Assembly: GCF_044704955.1 (NCBI RefSeq)
Contig: NC_091999.1
Span: 65,472,001 to 65,536,000, forward strand
DNA from: Pristiophorus japonicus
Lineage: Eukaryota
Length of the DNA: 64,000 nt
Reading direction: 5' to 3'
Made by a program: the position numbers and the translations under genes. Below, piece by piece: positions 11,914-25,247 of the stretch; position 1 is the first letter of the stretch, and the number at the start of each line of letters is the position of its first letter. The notes below the pieces were generated by a model. It had not been told where the DNA came from, ran no database searches, and saw only the letters and a list, made by a program, of their open reading frames with translations.

Positions 11914-12830
11914 GAAAGGAATGACAAGCTTTTTGCGGTTACAGGAGGATGTGAGGGGAAACAAACATAATATATGGGGAAGAGTGCATCACCGATGGAC
12001 AAGTGTGAGATCAAAAAGAATGGACATATTAGGGGAATATCTTTATCCGTGTCCCGGAAAAAAGGAAGCCTAACCAGAGGCCCTCACAGTGGGAGATGGG
12101 AGCAAGGATAGCTGCGGGTTTGACAATACTACGGAAGGATGTGTCCATTGAAATAAACCCTGTCCGAATCGAACCCACACATTACACCTACCAAGGGCGA
12201 GGATAATATTGTGTGGTAACTAGTCTGATAACTTACGTTATTCCAAGACTGTCGGTGACAGTGGGAAGAGCACACATGACATGCCAGGAAGACAATGACG
12301 TGAAATATAAGCGATGAGATTAATCAAGATATTGATGTTTACATGGAAGAGCAAGCACAATCAATTCCCCCTTACATGAAGATATAACTCAGCTCAAGAC
12401 ATAACAGTAAAATATATTAAGAGCTGAAGGATAAAGCAAAATAACTGGACAGTGAATACAGGATAACCTGAAAAACCCGCCCCCCTCTTGGTACTTGAGA
12501 TTATACATCCATGGATAAGGATCCTTACACATAAACTAGTGGCACTACAGATAGAAATAGCCTTGAGTTGGTTGGTAATGTTATGTAACAAGTGCAAAGA
12601 CAGGCGAGGGTTAGCCGAGCAAATTTACAAGATAGGGATTAGAATTATATCCCATGTGTTAGTCCTGGTGCAGCTGAAAGTGCTGTTGATGCTCCTGTGA
12701 GATTGTGCAGGCAGATACAAACGACGCAGAAAGAAGAGGTTGGCCAAGGTCCATAATCAAGAAAGCAGAAAGCCTTTGCTAGATCCAAAGAGGGTTAATC
12801 AACCAAAACGACGGCATGAATACCTGATGT
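11914..12830 (+). mobile_element. Decayed envelope-like glycoprotein C-terminal half of an LTR retroelement
   Basis: Across frames: IKKNGHIRGISLSVSRKKG, SCGFDNTTEGC, YQGRG*YCVVTS, heptad-like NISDEINQDIDVYMEEQ / ELKDKAK*LDSE, TM HPWIRILTHKLVALQIEIALSWLVMLC, basic tail; lies upstream of a PPT and LTR. Confidence 0.55.
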
Positions 12831-13259
12831 GAGTCGTGAGTGCCCCAATCTTAGCGCCTGATCAACGAAACCGAGGCGGGAGACATAGGAATCAGGACAG
12901 GATAAGGCAGGAAAAGGAAAATTGTTGTTCATGGTGAGATATTTTTAAGGGCTGGTCACCTAAAGCCTACGCCGTCCTCAAATTGATATGGCATTCAATT
13001 CTGCCAATAATGGTAGATTTGTGGATATGTATCATGAGGCAACTATATCTGATGTGTAAGTTCAGAGCGATAAACAACTACATGCTTCTAGCTGAATAGA
13101 AAACAGCCTTGTTAACTATGTGATGCAGGCATGATAGGAAGGCGAATGACTTTGTAACGCGTTAGGCAAACAACCAGGATCCCCGAGCTTATGCACTGTA
13201 CGTACAAAAAGAAATATAAGTGGCGTGCCAATATCCCAGGGAAATGGTCAGGGGTAGTA

Positions 13260-13924
13260 TGTAAAGACTCCGCAAAAGGTGGAACTAAGAGCGATCCCAG
13301 GGATATGGAATTGGTATCACCATTTCCAGCAGATGGCTCAGAACATATATCTTGTCAGCTGATTATTTAGAATTAATCAGGGACCAAGAGAAGGGACTGA
13401 AAGGACAGATTGCAAATTGGAATTATAATTAATAATAATAATTGCGATGTTTTAAAATGGAGTGAACAGGTTTTTAAAATGCAACTCACAGCCTGTTTTT
13501 CAGACTGTGGGAAGCATGTGTGGGATGCCTTCGGCAGAGCAGCAGATGATCCAATTCATAGACCAAAGGCCTTGGGAGCTGGGCATGGACACAGATAACA
13601 TAGGATTTTAATGGTATAACACGATAAGATATAATAAAAAGAATCATAACACCATTTATTTGGAATTACCAATTAAGGCATACAGAAGCCAGGTTGGAGG
13701 AATCGCAATATCAATCAATCATGTATTAATCAATCAGCATGTATGAATTGTAACTTGCGCAATTACATAATGCTATAATCTGAAACTATACAAAGTAGGA
13801 TGTCTCTGGCAGTATCTTCGAGCATTCCTTCAAGGATACCTCCCCTGCCGGCTTGTATTAATAAAACCTGCATTAACTTTAAGGCTAACAGCGTCCGAGT
13901 GGTGATTTGAAGTTAACCCTAACA
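13260..13924 (+). mobile_element. 3' LTR (about 665 bp)
   Basis: Purine-rich aggggtagta immediately before TGTAAAG at 13260; TATA-like ctatacaaag near 13786; AATAAA at 13860; ends ...ccctaaCA at 13924, where L2-like sequence begins. Confidence 0.6.
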
Positions 13925-14499
13925 AGGTTAGCGAAATAAGGAGAGGTGCAGGAGCTCTAGGAAATTATAGATATATGGAGGGGTGTAGAGCTGGCGGAGT
14001 TTACAGAGATAGGGAGTGTGTAGGTGCTGGAGGAGGAGAGAAATAGAGAGGGGCGCGGTCATCGAGGGATTTGAACACGAGGCTGAGAATTTTAAAATCA
14101 GTGCTTAGCTGGGGCCAAGGTGCGGGGAGGCGGCGGGGTGAAGTTCAGCAACACAACACCCACACTATCTACCCTGCACTAACTCTCATCATCTGTTAAA
14201 TCACCTGGAGTTCCAGCGACACTCCTCCCCGTCTCTCTTGGTATTTATCTACACACTGCCTCACTCAAAGCTTATCTCCCATTGACAGTCCATGTGAGTG
14301 CCCTCGTTGTCCCAGAATTGCTCCCTTTGGACTCCAACTGACGGTTCCCGTGCCTCCGCCGCCTCCCTCCTGTTCCTTGACGGCCGTAAAATTCAGGTTG
14401 TGTTCCAGTTAGCAAGCAAAATATCGGGTGGGAGGGGTCATATAAATGAAAATATGTGGCGGGCCGGAGGAAAAGGCATGGGGGGCCGTGTCCTGCTCA

Positions 14500-15985
14500 C
14501 TGATCTTATGTTTGACACCCCTGATCTACCCTGTCAAGCCCTGTAAGAATTTTGTATGTTTTAAAATGAGATCACCTCTCATTCTTCTAAATTGTAGAGA
14601 ATATATGCCTAGTCTAGTCAATCTCTCCTCACAGGACAATCCCTCTATCCCAGGAATCAGTCTGGTGAACCTTCGTTGCCATCCTCAATGGCAAGTACAT
14701 CCTTCCTTTTGTAAGCAGCCAAAACTGTGCACAATACTCTAGGTGTATTCTCACCAGGGTCCTATATAATTGCAGTAAAACTTCCAAGAGCAGGTTATTA
14801 TTTAAATGGAGAAAGATTGCAAAAAGTGCCGCAGTACAGCAGGATCTTGGGTTACTTGTGCATGAAACACAAAAGGATTGTATGCAGGTACAGCAAGTGA
14901 TCAGGAAGGCCAATGGTATCTTGAACTTTATTGCAAAGGGGATGGAGTATAAAATCGGGGAAGTCCTGCTGCAGCTATATAAAGTTTTGTTGAGGTCAAT
15001 TCTAAAAAATTGCATGCAGTTTTGGTTTCCATATTTACAAAAGGATATAATTGCTTTTAATTGCTTTTCAGGTAGCTCAGAGAACGTTCACGAAGTTGAT
15101 ATAAGGGATGAGGTGGTTGACTTATGAGGAAAGATTGAGTAGTTTGGGTCTCTACTCATTGGAATCCAGAAGAATGAGAGGTGATCTGATAGAAACGTAC
15201 AAGTTTATGAGGGGGCTTACAAGGTGAATGCAGAGCCGATGTTTGCACTGATGGGTGAGAGTCGAACAAGAGGCCATAATCTTAGAAGAAGAGGCCGCTC
15301 ATTTAAAACAGATGAGGAGGAATTTCTTCTCTCAGAGGGTTGTAAATCGGTGGGACTCGCTGCCTCAGAGAGCTGTGGAAGCTGGGACATTGAATACATT
15401 TAAGACAGAAATAGTTTCTTAAATGATAAGGGGATAAAGGGTTATGGGGAGTGGGCGGGTAAATGGAGTCGAGTCCATGATCAGAGCTGCCATGATCTTA
15501 TTGAATGGCGGAGCAGGCTCGACGGACCGTATGGCCTACTCCTGTTCCTATTTCTTATGTTCTTATGTTTACTATTATCCTCGAATCCTCTTGTAATGAA
15601 GGCCGACATGCCATTGGCTTTCTTAATTGCTTGCTGTGCCTGCATATTAACTTTCAGTGATTCTTACAAGGACACCAAGGTCTCTGTGAACACCAACATT
15701 TCCCAATATCTCACCATTGCAAATCGCTATTTCCAGTGCACTTTGGCTAAATTACAACTTAGCTTCGTAAAATTGTTTTTTTCTCAATTGAGAACTTTTA
15801 TCCTGGTCTATCTTTGTCCTTTACAATAGCTACCCTAAATGTAACTGAATTACGATCACTAGCACCAAAATCCTGTCCCGCTGATATCCCTTCCACCTGC
15901 CCAGCTTCAGTCCCGAATACTAAGTCCAGAACTTCCCCCTCTCTTGTTGGGCTTGCTACATATTGGTTAAAACGTTCTGCTGGTT
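14500..15985. mobile_element. Minus-strand CR1 fragment with a + strand CR1 3' end (about 14786-15569) nested inside
   Basis: Minus-strand LYRTLVRIHLEYCAQFW is interrupted by a + strand CR1 ending in cctgttcctatttcttatgttcttatgt; the minus element resumes colinearly at about 15570. Confidence 0.8.
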
Positions 15986-16794
15986 GCTGACCCCTCTATG
16001 AAGTGAAATAGGTCCTTCATATCCACTCTATCCAGGCCCCTCATATTTTTATACACCTAATTAACGTCTGCCCTCAGCCTCCTCTGTTGCAACGAAAACA
16101 AACTATTAAGAGAGTTGGTGGGCTGGAGGAGGTTACAGAGATAGTGAAGGGCGAGACTCAGGAGACATTTGAACAAGGGAATGTGTATTTTAAAGGCTGA
16201 TGCCACCAGCCATCTCACCCAGCATCGAATGTGACACTCTACTAACAGCAAGGATGTTACTTTAACTACTACAAATGCATAATGAGGGGAAATCAATCTC
16301 TGTCCCTTTAACTAACAGCGAAATGGAAAGAGGGACATGAATGACCTTTTAACACCTAGACACTTGGCACTGAAGTGTCTGACACTCATAATAGGAACTC
16401 CAGGAAAATAAAATACTGACAAATGTTCAACTGTTTTGTTGACAAAATAAATCTCGATTTAAATTTTAAAAGATGAATGGTTTAAGAGGGGTTCACGCAG
16501 ACTCATCTGACAATACAACACAGGATCCACCGCTCAAGCACCGCGATTGTTTGCAGAATACGCTGCTCTGTTGGCCCTCCGGCCTCTGAGATATCTTCCT
16601 GTTGGTTCCCTGGGCAATCAATTACCACTCGCCAACATTATGCTGCCACATTAAGTTGAGGGGCTAGGAGGAAGAAATAAATGAGGTCGTGAATCTGAGT
16701 TGATAAATATCATTAGAGAGGCACTATAACGTAATGGGTACAATCCTAAAGTGGGTGCATGAACAGTGAGACCTGCGGGTATGTGTGTACAAAT

Positions 16795-17205
16795 CGCTCA
16801 GAATTAGAATTTTGAAATCAAGGCTTTGGTTAGCCAGAAGCCAAAGTACGTCAGCGAGCACAGTGTCGGGAGGTCAGCTGGACGTGCTGAGAGTTAGGGC
16901 ACGTGCAGCCGAATTTTGCATCAACTCTAGTTTATGTAGGGTAAAAAGTAGGAGAAGTGCATTGGAATAGTCAAGTCCAGAAGGAACAAAGTCATGCATG
17001 AGGGCTTACGCAGCGGATGAGCTGAGGCTATAGCGGAGTTGGGCGATGTTACAGAGGTGAAATTAGGCAGTTTTAGTTATACTGTGGATATGTGGTCAAA
17101 AACATATTTCAGGGTTAAGTGTGACACCAAGGTTGCGAACAATCTGGTTTATGCTCAGACAGAAGTTGGGGGGTGGGATGGAGTCGGTGATTAGGGAACG
17201 GAGAG
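16795..17205 (-). mobile_element. L2 LINE fragment
   Basis: Shares tgacaccaaggttgcgaaca.tctggtt and flanking sequence with the L2 at about 2195. Confidence 0.65.
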
Positions 17206-17754
17206 AGTGGCAATGACAATTACAAATATCAGAATATTTCACAGGTTATCGCATGCAAAAGGTGTGGATGAGTTTTTAAAATTCAATTGCTTCCAAAAAC
17301 ACGTTACACCAAGTAACGGATTTCATATCTTCTGCAAGACAGTTCAATAAAGGTGTGGTTCAAAGGATTTCAGCTGAGTTTAAAGTGAGACACTGCAGTT
17401 AAGTGTACAACAGCCAAAACACATATAATCAACTGGAACAAGTTTGGGGTTTGATAGAAGCGAACTAGTTGAGAAATGAGATAAGTTAGAATAAGAAAAA
17501 GCACTAAAATGGAACAGTCGGTAACAGAACATCAATTAGTCTCCTCTGATCATGGGGCAATGAAATATTTGACACATTGTTTGAAACAAAGATAACTTAT
17601 TCATCATTTATACGCAATACTAATCTCCAGCTCAGCTATAGGTGTAATTAAGATCATCGCAAACAAACAAGTGCTCCCAGAATGAATATGGTTCAGTGTC
17701 CAAAGCAATCCCGTTATATCCTGTTCTCTTTACAAATGCAGCCTTTCTCCTCGC

Positions 17755-18029
17755 CCATTGAAAACTGAGATGAGGAGATATTTCTTCTCTGATGGTTGTA
17801 AATTTGTGGAATTCTCTGCCCCAGAGAGCAGTGGAGGCTGGGACATTGAATATATTTGAGGCGGAGATAGACAGATTTTGAGCAATAATGGAATAGATGT
17901 TTTTGGGGAGCGGGCAGGGAAGTGGAGCTGAGTCTATGGTCAGACCACCCATGATCATATCGAATTGGGTGCAGGCTCAGTGGGGGTCCGGGTGGCACAC
18001 TCCAGCTCCTATTTCTCATGGTCTTATGT
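17755..18029 (+). mobile_element. CR1 3' end
   Basis: gtggaattctctgccccagagagcagtggaggct...ctccagctcctatttctcatggtcttatgt. Confidence 0.8.
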
Positions 18030-18443
18030 ATCCAACGTGCACCGCGGGGGAGAATGTGCTTCACCCAGAGTACAGGAGCTCAGTGCACAGGCGCGGTACC
18101 TGGCTGCATTTGGGGCATGCATGGTGCGTGTTATGGCAGCGAAGAGACGTCATTGACAGACTCCACAGAAGTTTCCTTTTCTGTGGAGGGGAGAAACAGA
18201 CCAGCGGGGAGCTTGCCAGGCTTCATACAGAACCGGTGCCTGCTGCGTGCCCGGCAAACGAAATGCAATATCGGTGGTTGCAGCTTCGCTGCTTTCTCCC
18301 AGTCACAGGCCATGACTAACGACGGCCATCTTCGTGCAGGAAGGTAGGGTCAACGCTCCGTCATCTTGATTCAGTGAGTATCACTGTGCATGCGCGGCCA
18401 TGTTGGTGCAGTGACGAAGTGAACGCTCTCAGTGTCTGGCATT

Positions 18444-18857
18444 GAACCCAGCCTGAGACAGCACCTTTAGGGCAGGAGAACCAGTGAGTGTAGAACTGAA
18501 CCCAGGCAGAGTCAGCACAATCAGTGGAGGGGAACCTGTGAGTGTGGAACTGAACCCAGCCAGAGTCAGTCCCTTCAGGGAAGGGGGACCAGTGAGTGAA
18601 CAACTGAACCCAGCCAGAGTCAGCACCTTCAGTTGAGGTGAACCAGCGAGTGTGCAACGGAACCCAGCCAGATTCAGCACCTTCAGGGGAGGTGAACCAG
18701 TGAGTGTAGAAGTGAATCTAGCCAGAGGCAGCACCTTCAGGAGAGGGGAACCAGTGAGTGTAGAACTGGACCCAGGCAGATTCAGTGCCTTCAGTGGGGT
18801 CGGGTAGGGGAACCAAGGAATGGAACTGAATCCAGCTGGTATCAGCACTTATGGGGA
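18444..18857. repeat. 54-bp tandem repeat, about 7.5 copies
   Basis: Unit gaacccagccagagtcagcaccttcaggggaggggaaccagtgagtgtagaact starts at 18444, 18498, 18552, 18606, 18660 and onward. Confidence 0.92.
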
Positions 18858-18871
18858 GGAGAGGGAGGGGA

Positions 18872-21500
18872 ACATAACTACATAAGAAAAAGGAGCAGGA
18901 GTCGGCCATACGGACCTCGAGTCTGCACCGCCATTAAATACGATGATGGCTGATGTTATCATCGACTCGGATCAACTTGCCTGCCCGCTCACTTTAACCC
19001 TTTAATCCCTTATCAGTTAAGAAATTGTCTATCTCTGCCTCAAATTTATTCAATGAACCAGTTTACACAAATCTCTGAGGCAGCGAATGCCATAGATTTA
19101 CAATCCTCTGAGAGAAGAAATTCCTTCTCATCTCAGTTTTAATTGGGCGGCCCCTTATTCTAATTTCATGCCCCCGAGTTCTGGTCTCCCACATCAGTGG
19201 AAACGTCCTCGCTGCAACCACCTTGGCAAGCCCCCTCATAATCTTATACATTTCCATGAGATCATCTCTCATTCTTCGCAATTCCAATGATTATAAACGC
19301 CAAGTCTCACTTAACCTTTCCACATATGTCAACCCCCTCATCTCCGGAATTCAATGAACCTTCTCTGAACTGCCTCCAAAGCAAGTATATCCTTTCATAA
19401 ATATGGAAATCAAAACTGGACTAAATATTCGAGGTGTGGCCTCAACAATACCCTGCATAACTGTAGCAAGACTTCCCTGCTTTTATAATCCATCCCCTTT
19501 GCAATAACGACCAATATACCATTGGCCTTGCTGATCACTTGCTTTACCTTGATACTTAACTTTTGTGTTTCAAGCACATGTACCCCCATGTCCCGCTGTA
19601 CTGCAGCACTTTCCAATTTTTCTCCATTTAAATAATAATTAGTTCTTTGATTTTTTTCTGTCAAGGTGCATAACCTCACATTTTCCAACATTTTACACCG
19701 ACTGCCAAATCTTTATCCTCTAACTTCGCCTGCCTATGTCCTTTTGAAGATTTGTTGTGTCCTCACGCATTGATTTTCCTCATGCTTTTCCATCTTTGTA
19801 TCGTCAGCAAACTTGGCTATGTTACACTCGGTCCTTACTTCCAAGTCGTTAACATAGATTGTAAATAGTTGGGGCCCCAGCATTGATCCTTGTGGTAGCC
19901 CAGTAGTTACTGATTGACAACCCGAGAATGAAACATTTATCCCGACTCTCTTTTTTCTGTTAGATAGCCAATTCTCTATCCCTGCTAATATATTACCCCT
20001 AACCCCGTGATATTTGTCAAATACCTTCTGGAAGACCAAATATACCACAGCAACTCGTTCCTCTTTATCCACTCTGTTATTTACATCCTCAAATAATTCC
20101 AGCATATTTGTCAAACCCGACTTCCCCTTCATAAATCGATGGTGACTCTGCCTGACCGAATTATGCTTTTTCCAAATATCCCGATACTGTTGCAGTAATA
20201 ATGGACTCAATGACAGATGTTTGGCTAATGGTCTATAATTTCATGCTTTTTATCTGCCTCCTTTTTTAAATAGGGACATTACATTTATGGTTTTCCAATC
20301 TGCTGCGACCGCCCCAGAATCCCGGGAATGTTGGTACATTAGAACAAAAATATCCACTATTTCTGCAGCCACTTCTCTTAAGAACCTAGCATTTATGCAT
20401 CAGGTGCAGGGAACTTCTCCACCTTTCGACCCATTATTTTACCTAGTACTACTTCATGAGTGATAGTGATTGTAGTAAGACCCTCCCTCCCTATAGCCCC
20501 TTGAGTATCCACTATTGGAATGTTTCTCGTGTCTTCTACAATGAAGACCGATGCAAACAAATGTCAGCTTCTCTGCCATTTCCCTGCTGTCTATTATAAA
20601 GTCCCCATCCTCGTCCTCCAGCGGCCAACATTTGCTTCAGTCACTCTTCTCCTTTTTTTGTAGTTGTACTCTTACTCTTACTGTCTGTTTTGATATTTTG
20701 TGCTAGTTTACCATAATAAAATATTTTCCCTCACTTAATTATTATTTAGTCTTTTTTTGTCTGGTGTTTAATAATTTTCCAATCCGCTGGCATCACACAC
20801 GTCTTGACCACATTGTATGCCTTTGTTTTCAGTGTTTTACCCTTTGTTATTTCCTTCGTTAGCCAGGGATGGGTATCCCTTCTCTTGCACTCTTTCTTTC
20901 TCATTGGGTTATATTTTTCTTGCGATTTATGAAATATCTCCTTCAATATCTGCCACTGCTCATCAACCATCCCGCTGTTTAGTCTATTGTCCCATCCACT
21001 TTATCCAACTCTGCCCTTATACCTCTGCAGTCTCCTGTATTTAAGCTTCGGACCGTGGTTTGTGAAACAATTTTCACACCCTCCAACTGAATTTGAATTC
21101 CAACCATATTATAGTCGCTCATTACTGGAAGATCGTTTACTGCGAGATCATTTATTAATCCTGCCTCATTACACAGATCTAAGACAGCTTGCTCCCTGGT
21201 TGGCTCCACAACATAATGTTCAAGGAAACTATCCCGGATACACGCCATGAAGACCTCCTCAATGCTACCCTGGCCAATTTGCTTTGCCCAATCTATTTGA
21301 AGGTAAACATCACTCATGATTATTGCTGTTCCTTTATTATAAGCTTCCTTTTTTTCTTGATTTATACTCCATCCAACAGTGTAGTTACTGTTCGGGGGCC
21401 TTTAGACTACGCCCACGAGCGACTTTTGTCCCTTTATTGTTCCTTATCTCCACTCAAACTGAATCAACACCTTGATGCTCTGAGCCAATATCATTTCACA
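18872..21500 (-). mobile_element. CR1 LINE ORF2 (endonuclease + RT, internally deleted) with 3' tail
   Basis: ORFs 20979-21317 (EPTREQAVLDL), 19734-20210 (GLPQGSMLGPQLFTIYVNDL..KFADDTK), 19410-19691 and 19063-19287; tail at 18872. Confidence 0.9.
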
Positions 21501-22020
21501 ATAAGCCTGAGGATTGTGAGGATTTTAGCATTCAGCAAAGGAGGACCAAAAATTTATTTTACAAAGGGAAAATAGAAAGTATGATTAATCTAAAGGAGGC
21601 ATAAACCAAATTGTAAAAACTTCTATAGCTATGTAAAAAGGAAAAGATTAGCAAAAGTAACCGTGGTACCCCTAAAGTCTGAGGCAGGGGAAATTATAAT
21701 AAGGGAATAAGAAAATTGCATCGAAATTAAACAAATACTTTGCTTCTCTTTTCATGAATGAAGATATAAAAAAAACTCCCGGAAATAGTGGATAACCAAG
21801 GGTTTAGCGAGAATGAGGAACTGAAAGAAATTAATACGTTTATCAAAAAAGTACTGGAGACATTAATGGGACTGAAGCCGATAAAACCTCTGCATCTAAT
21901 GACCTGCATCCTAGAGTTTTGAACGAGGTGGCTATAGAGATAGTGGATGTATTGGTTTTGATCTTCCCAAATTCCAAAGATTCTAGAATGGTTCCTGAAG
22001 ATTGAAAGGTAGCTGGTGTC
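21501..22020 (+). mobile_element. CR1 ORF2 linker fragment
   Basis: FYSYVKRKRLAK, LNKYFASLF and LHPRVLNEVA-type coding on +. Confidence 0.75.
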
Positions 22021-22309
22021 CCACAGTCAATCTCATTCAGGAAGATATCTGGCTTTTATCCTGCTCTCTCTCTCAGTCTTTCGCTCTCTCAGGGAAATAT
22101 ATGTACACTGAGTAATGTCGCTCAGTTCCCTCTCCCTCAGGAAGATACTGTCACAAAGATGGTATCACTCCTACGGGAGTTATCCGCCTGTCATCAAATC
22201 GCAATGTGACGCTCAATTGTTGTATTCACTTTGTTTTACAGTTTTGAAAACACTCGCTATAAATTGTTCTTCGTGTAATTGTTAATAAATCTGGAATGGC
22301 AAATGGACT

Positions 22310-24200
22310 AAGTTGGACATATTGCTGACTTTCTTTCTCCGAGGCTCATCCGCACCGTTGCATTTAACCTGCAATGAGAGTTGCGGTCTAAAATACGACA
22401 TTTCGATACAGTTGCACTTCCGGTTCTAACTGCAACTTCTGATCTCCAATTGACTCGAGACAGAAATAGGACTGAATGGAGAATAGCGCAATTCTAGAAT
22501 GACGAAGATGATGACAATGATGCATAATAATAGACGCAGAAACTGCACAATACTGGTGACGCCACATTTGAAAGACTCAGTTCATATTTGGTGACCTAAT
22601 TATGAAGAGAATATTTAATATAGACATATCGATTCATTAATGTCTAACCAGGCAAGTGGCAGAGTACTGATGAGAAATGTGAAAAGCTAGAGCTGCTTTT
22701 GCTGCAACACTGCAAATTGAATCTAGCTTTCGATATTAAGAAGACTATTAGAGTACAAATAGCGCGCAGTAATAGGTGGCGACCTCAGCAGGCCACAGTT
22801 TGAAGGAGGTTGAAATAAAGCTGGCTTTTGCGGTGTCCAGTGCAGCGGATAAATGGCTTCGAGCAAAATCCGCTTTAATTTGGTAATTGCCTGAAAAGTT
22901 GCGAACGCTAAACTCGGGTTCTTTGCGAGCGTATTGTCGGGACCACATTCAGCTATCGGGAGACTTGGTGGTGAAAGAGATACAGTCTAAGTTTATAATA
23001 TTTCTTTTTGTCCAACTCACTGTCGGAAGCGTCTGTCTGACAGAGATTTGTTGGCTCAGACCTGCATTACATGAATAGCAACGTCAAAAACTAAACACGT
23101 TTAAATTCACAGGTGACCCCAAACCGTGTCCCAGAATAAGTACCTGTAAGTACTGCACCAAGCACAGCGCAGATAGCGATTAACCGATTGCTGGTCCGCC
23201 GTGTGTTTATTACCTTTGTAGCACATGGATACTGGAACGAATTGGCCACAGAAACAACCCGCATGGAGGGTCAGTTGTCGCGCTCCAGTGTCCCCCCACG
23301 TGTGCCGCGAGTCTCTGGGGAAAGCACGGCTGGCAGTTGCCAGCCAATGACAAAAGGAATATTCCAACTGCACAAACCGCAAATACACAAAGGCCAAACA
23401 GGACAGCGATTTTATTCAGAAGGAAAGAGCGATTGGTTCTCGGGCATCAATTTACAATGTCGTGATTCGTTCTCCGTGTTTGAGTGTGAACTTGCTGACA
23501 TCGTTTTCACTGCTCCAAAATATGAACTTTCATATTAGGTTATTTAAAAATAGACCATTAAAGTTCACTAACTTATTCTATATGAACCAGCGTATAGTTG
23601 AGTGCAGCTGAAAGTAATAATTTAGACGGTATATTTGAATGAATATTGAGCCATTCCTTGGTGTTAGGTCCATGCGATGCACCAGGATTTTTAGGGTCCT
23701 GGGTGAATTTCACGAAAAGTAAACAATTCATATCTAAATAACGGTATTTACCCTGTAGATAATTCTGTAAAATTTTTAATTTGCCGCCTGTTCATCTCGA
23801 CCTTTTTTTTGTATTTACCTGCGAAATTATTTCTACAATGTATTACATGCATTTTTCAACGTGATAAAGGTTCTCTGAACAACCATACACCTTAACAGGT
23901 TTTTACCCGTTGAGGTAATGGTGGACCCATTTGTTGACGTCGAGTTTAATGCTGCTTTAGCCAGTACTGATAGGTCACTTTCTAACAACTCGGAAGATAG
24001 CATTTCCAATAATTCAAAAACATTTCCATATCTGTCATGTACAGGACTCAGTTTCCTATGTAATCGGTGCAGTTCTCTTACCACAGGACTCTCTTGGCTT
24101 ATTGGTTTCCATAGGTTTCAGACAAGAACATCGTCCAGTCTGAACCCGTGAGATAGGATTATGCGTTGGAGACCCAACTGAGTTTTTCAACAACTAATAA
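22310..24200 (-). pseudogene. Possible decayed multi-pass membrane protein exons, family unassigned
   Basis: Non-repeat region with coding-like blocks: about 23907-24200 (helical segment, S/T-rich end, G|gtaaaa donor), about 23114-23510 (IAVLFGLCVFAVCAVGIFLLSLAG...LIAICAVLGAVLTG, frameshifted) and about 22310-22570 (SIVQFLRLLLCIIVIIFVIL). Confidence 0.35.
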
Positions 24201-24494
24201 CCTGACAGTGCGATTCAACTGTTATTGACAATATATGATCTAAGCTTCCCCACTTTTTATTTCGGTTATTCTTTTTCGATTGACATTATTTCAAAAGGCC
24301 TGTTTGTTGCACTCCAGCTCACAAGTCACCAGAAGATGGTCAGAGATAAACACATCCAATCAGAATGTAAATGCATGTCTTGGGCCCTCGACGGACAGCA
24401 CCGCGGTATTCAGCTTCATGGCATAATTGCTTGTCCTTCCCATTCTCCTTGGCCCAATCATGGTATTGGGTGTGACTGGGAATTCACTGCACTG

Positions 24495-25245
24495 TGGCAC
24501 ATTCTCGAGCCTGCTGCATCATTTAATAAGACCATAGCTGATCTGGTACTTCAGCTCCACTTTCCTGCACTGTCTCCATCTCCCTTAATTCCCTTCATAT
24601 CCAAAATGCATCGAGCTCTGTCTTGAATAGACTGAAAGACTGAGCCTCCATAGCGCTCTGCAGTACAAAATTCCAAAGTTTCACCACTCAATGAGGGAAG
24701 ACATTTTCCTCATCTCATTCCGAATGGCCGACCCCTCATTCTGTGATTGAGACCGCTGGATCAAGAATTCCGAGCCGGAGAAATAATCCTGCCTGCATCT
24801 ACCCTGTAGAGTCCTGCGCGAATTTTGTAGTTAAATGAGATCACCTCTCATTCGTCTCAACTCTAGAGAACATACGCCAAGTCAACTCCATCTCTCCTCA
24901 CAGGACAATCCCACCACCCCAGAAATCAGCCTGGTGAACCTTTGTTGCACTCCCTCTATGGCACATATATCCTTCATATTTGAGGTGAACAAAACTGCAC
25001 ACTGTACTCCAGGTGCGTTCTCACCAGGCCCCGCCATAATTGCAATAAGATGTATTTTGTCTCATACTCAAATCCTATATAAGTAACCGGCAACATACAA
25101 TTTGCCTTGTAAATTGCGTCATGTACCTGCAAGTTAACTTTTAGTGATTTGTGTAGAAAGACACGCCTCTGAACATTAACATTTTCCAAACTCTCACCAT
25201 TTAAAACATATTCTGCTTTTCTATTTTTTGAACTAAAATGGATAG
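24495..25245 (-). mobile_element. CR1 3' fragment
   Basis: LWRGLVRTHLEYSVQFCSP in ORF 24974-25291. Confidence 0.8.
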
Positions 25246-25247
25246 AC

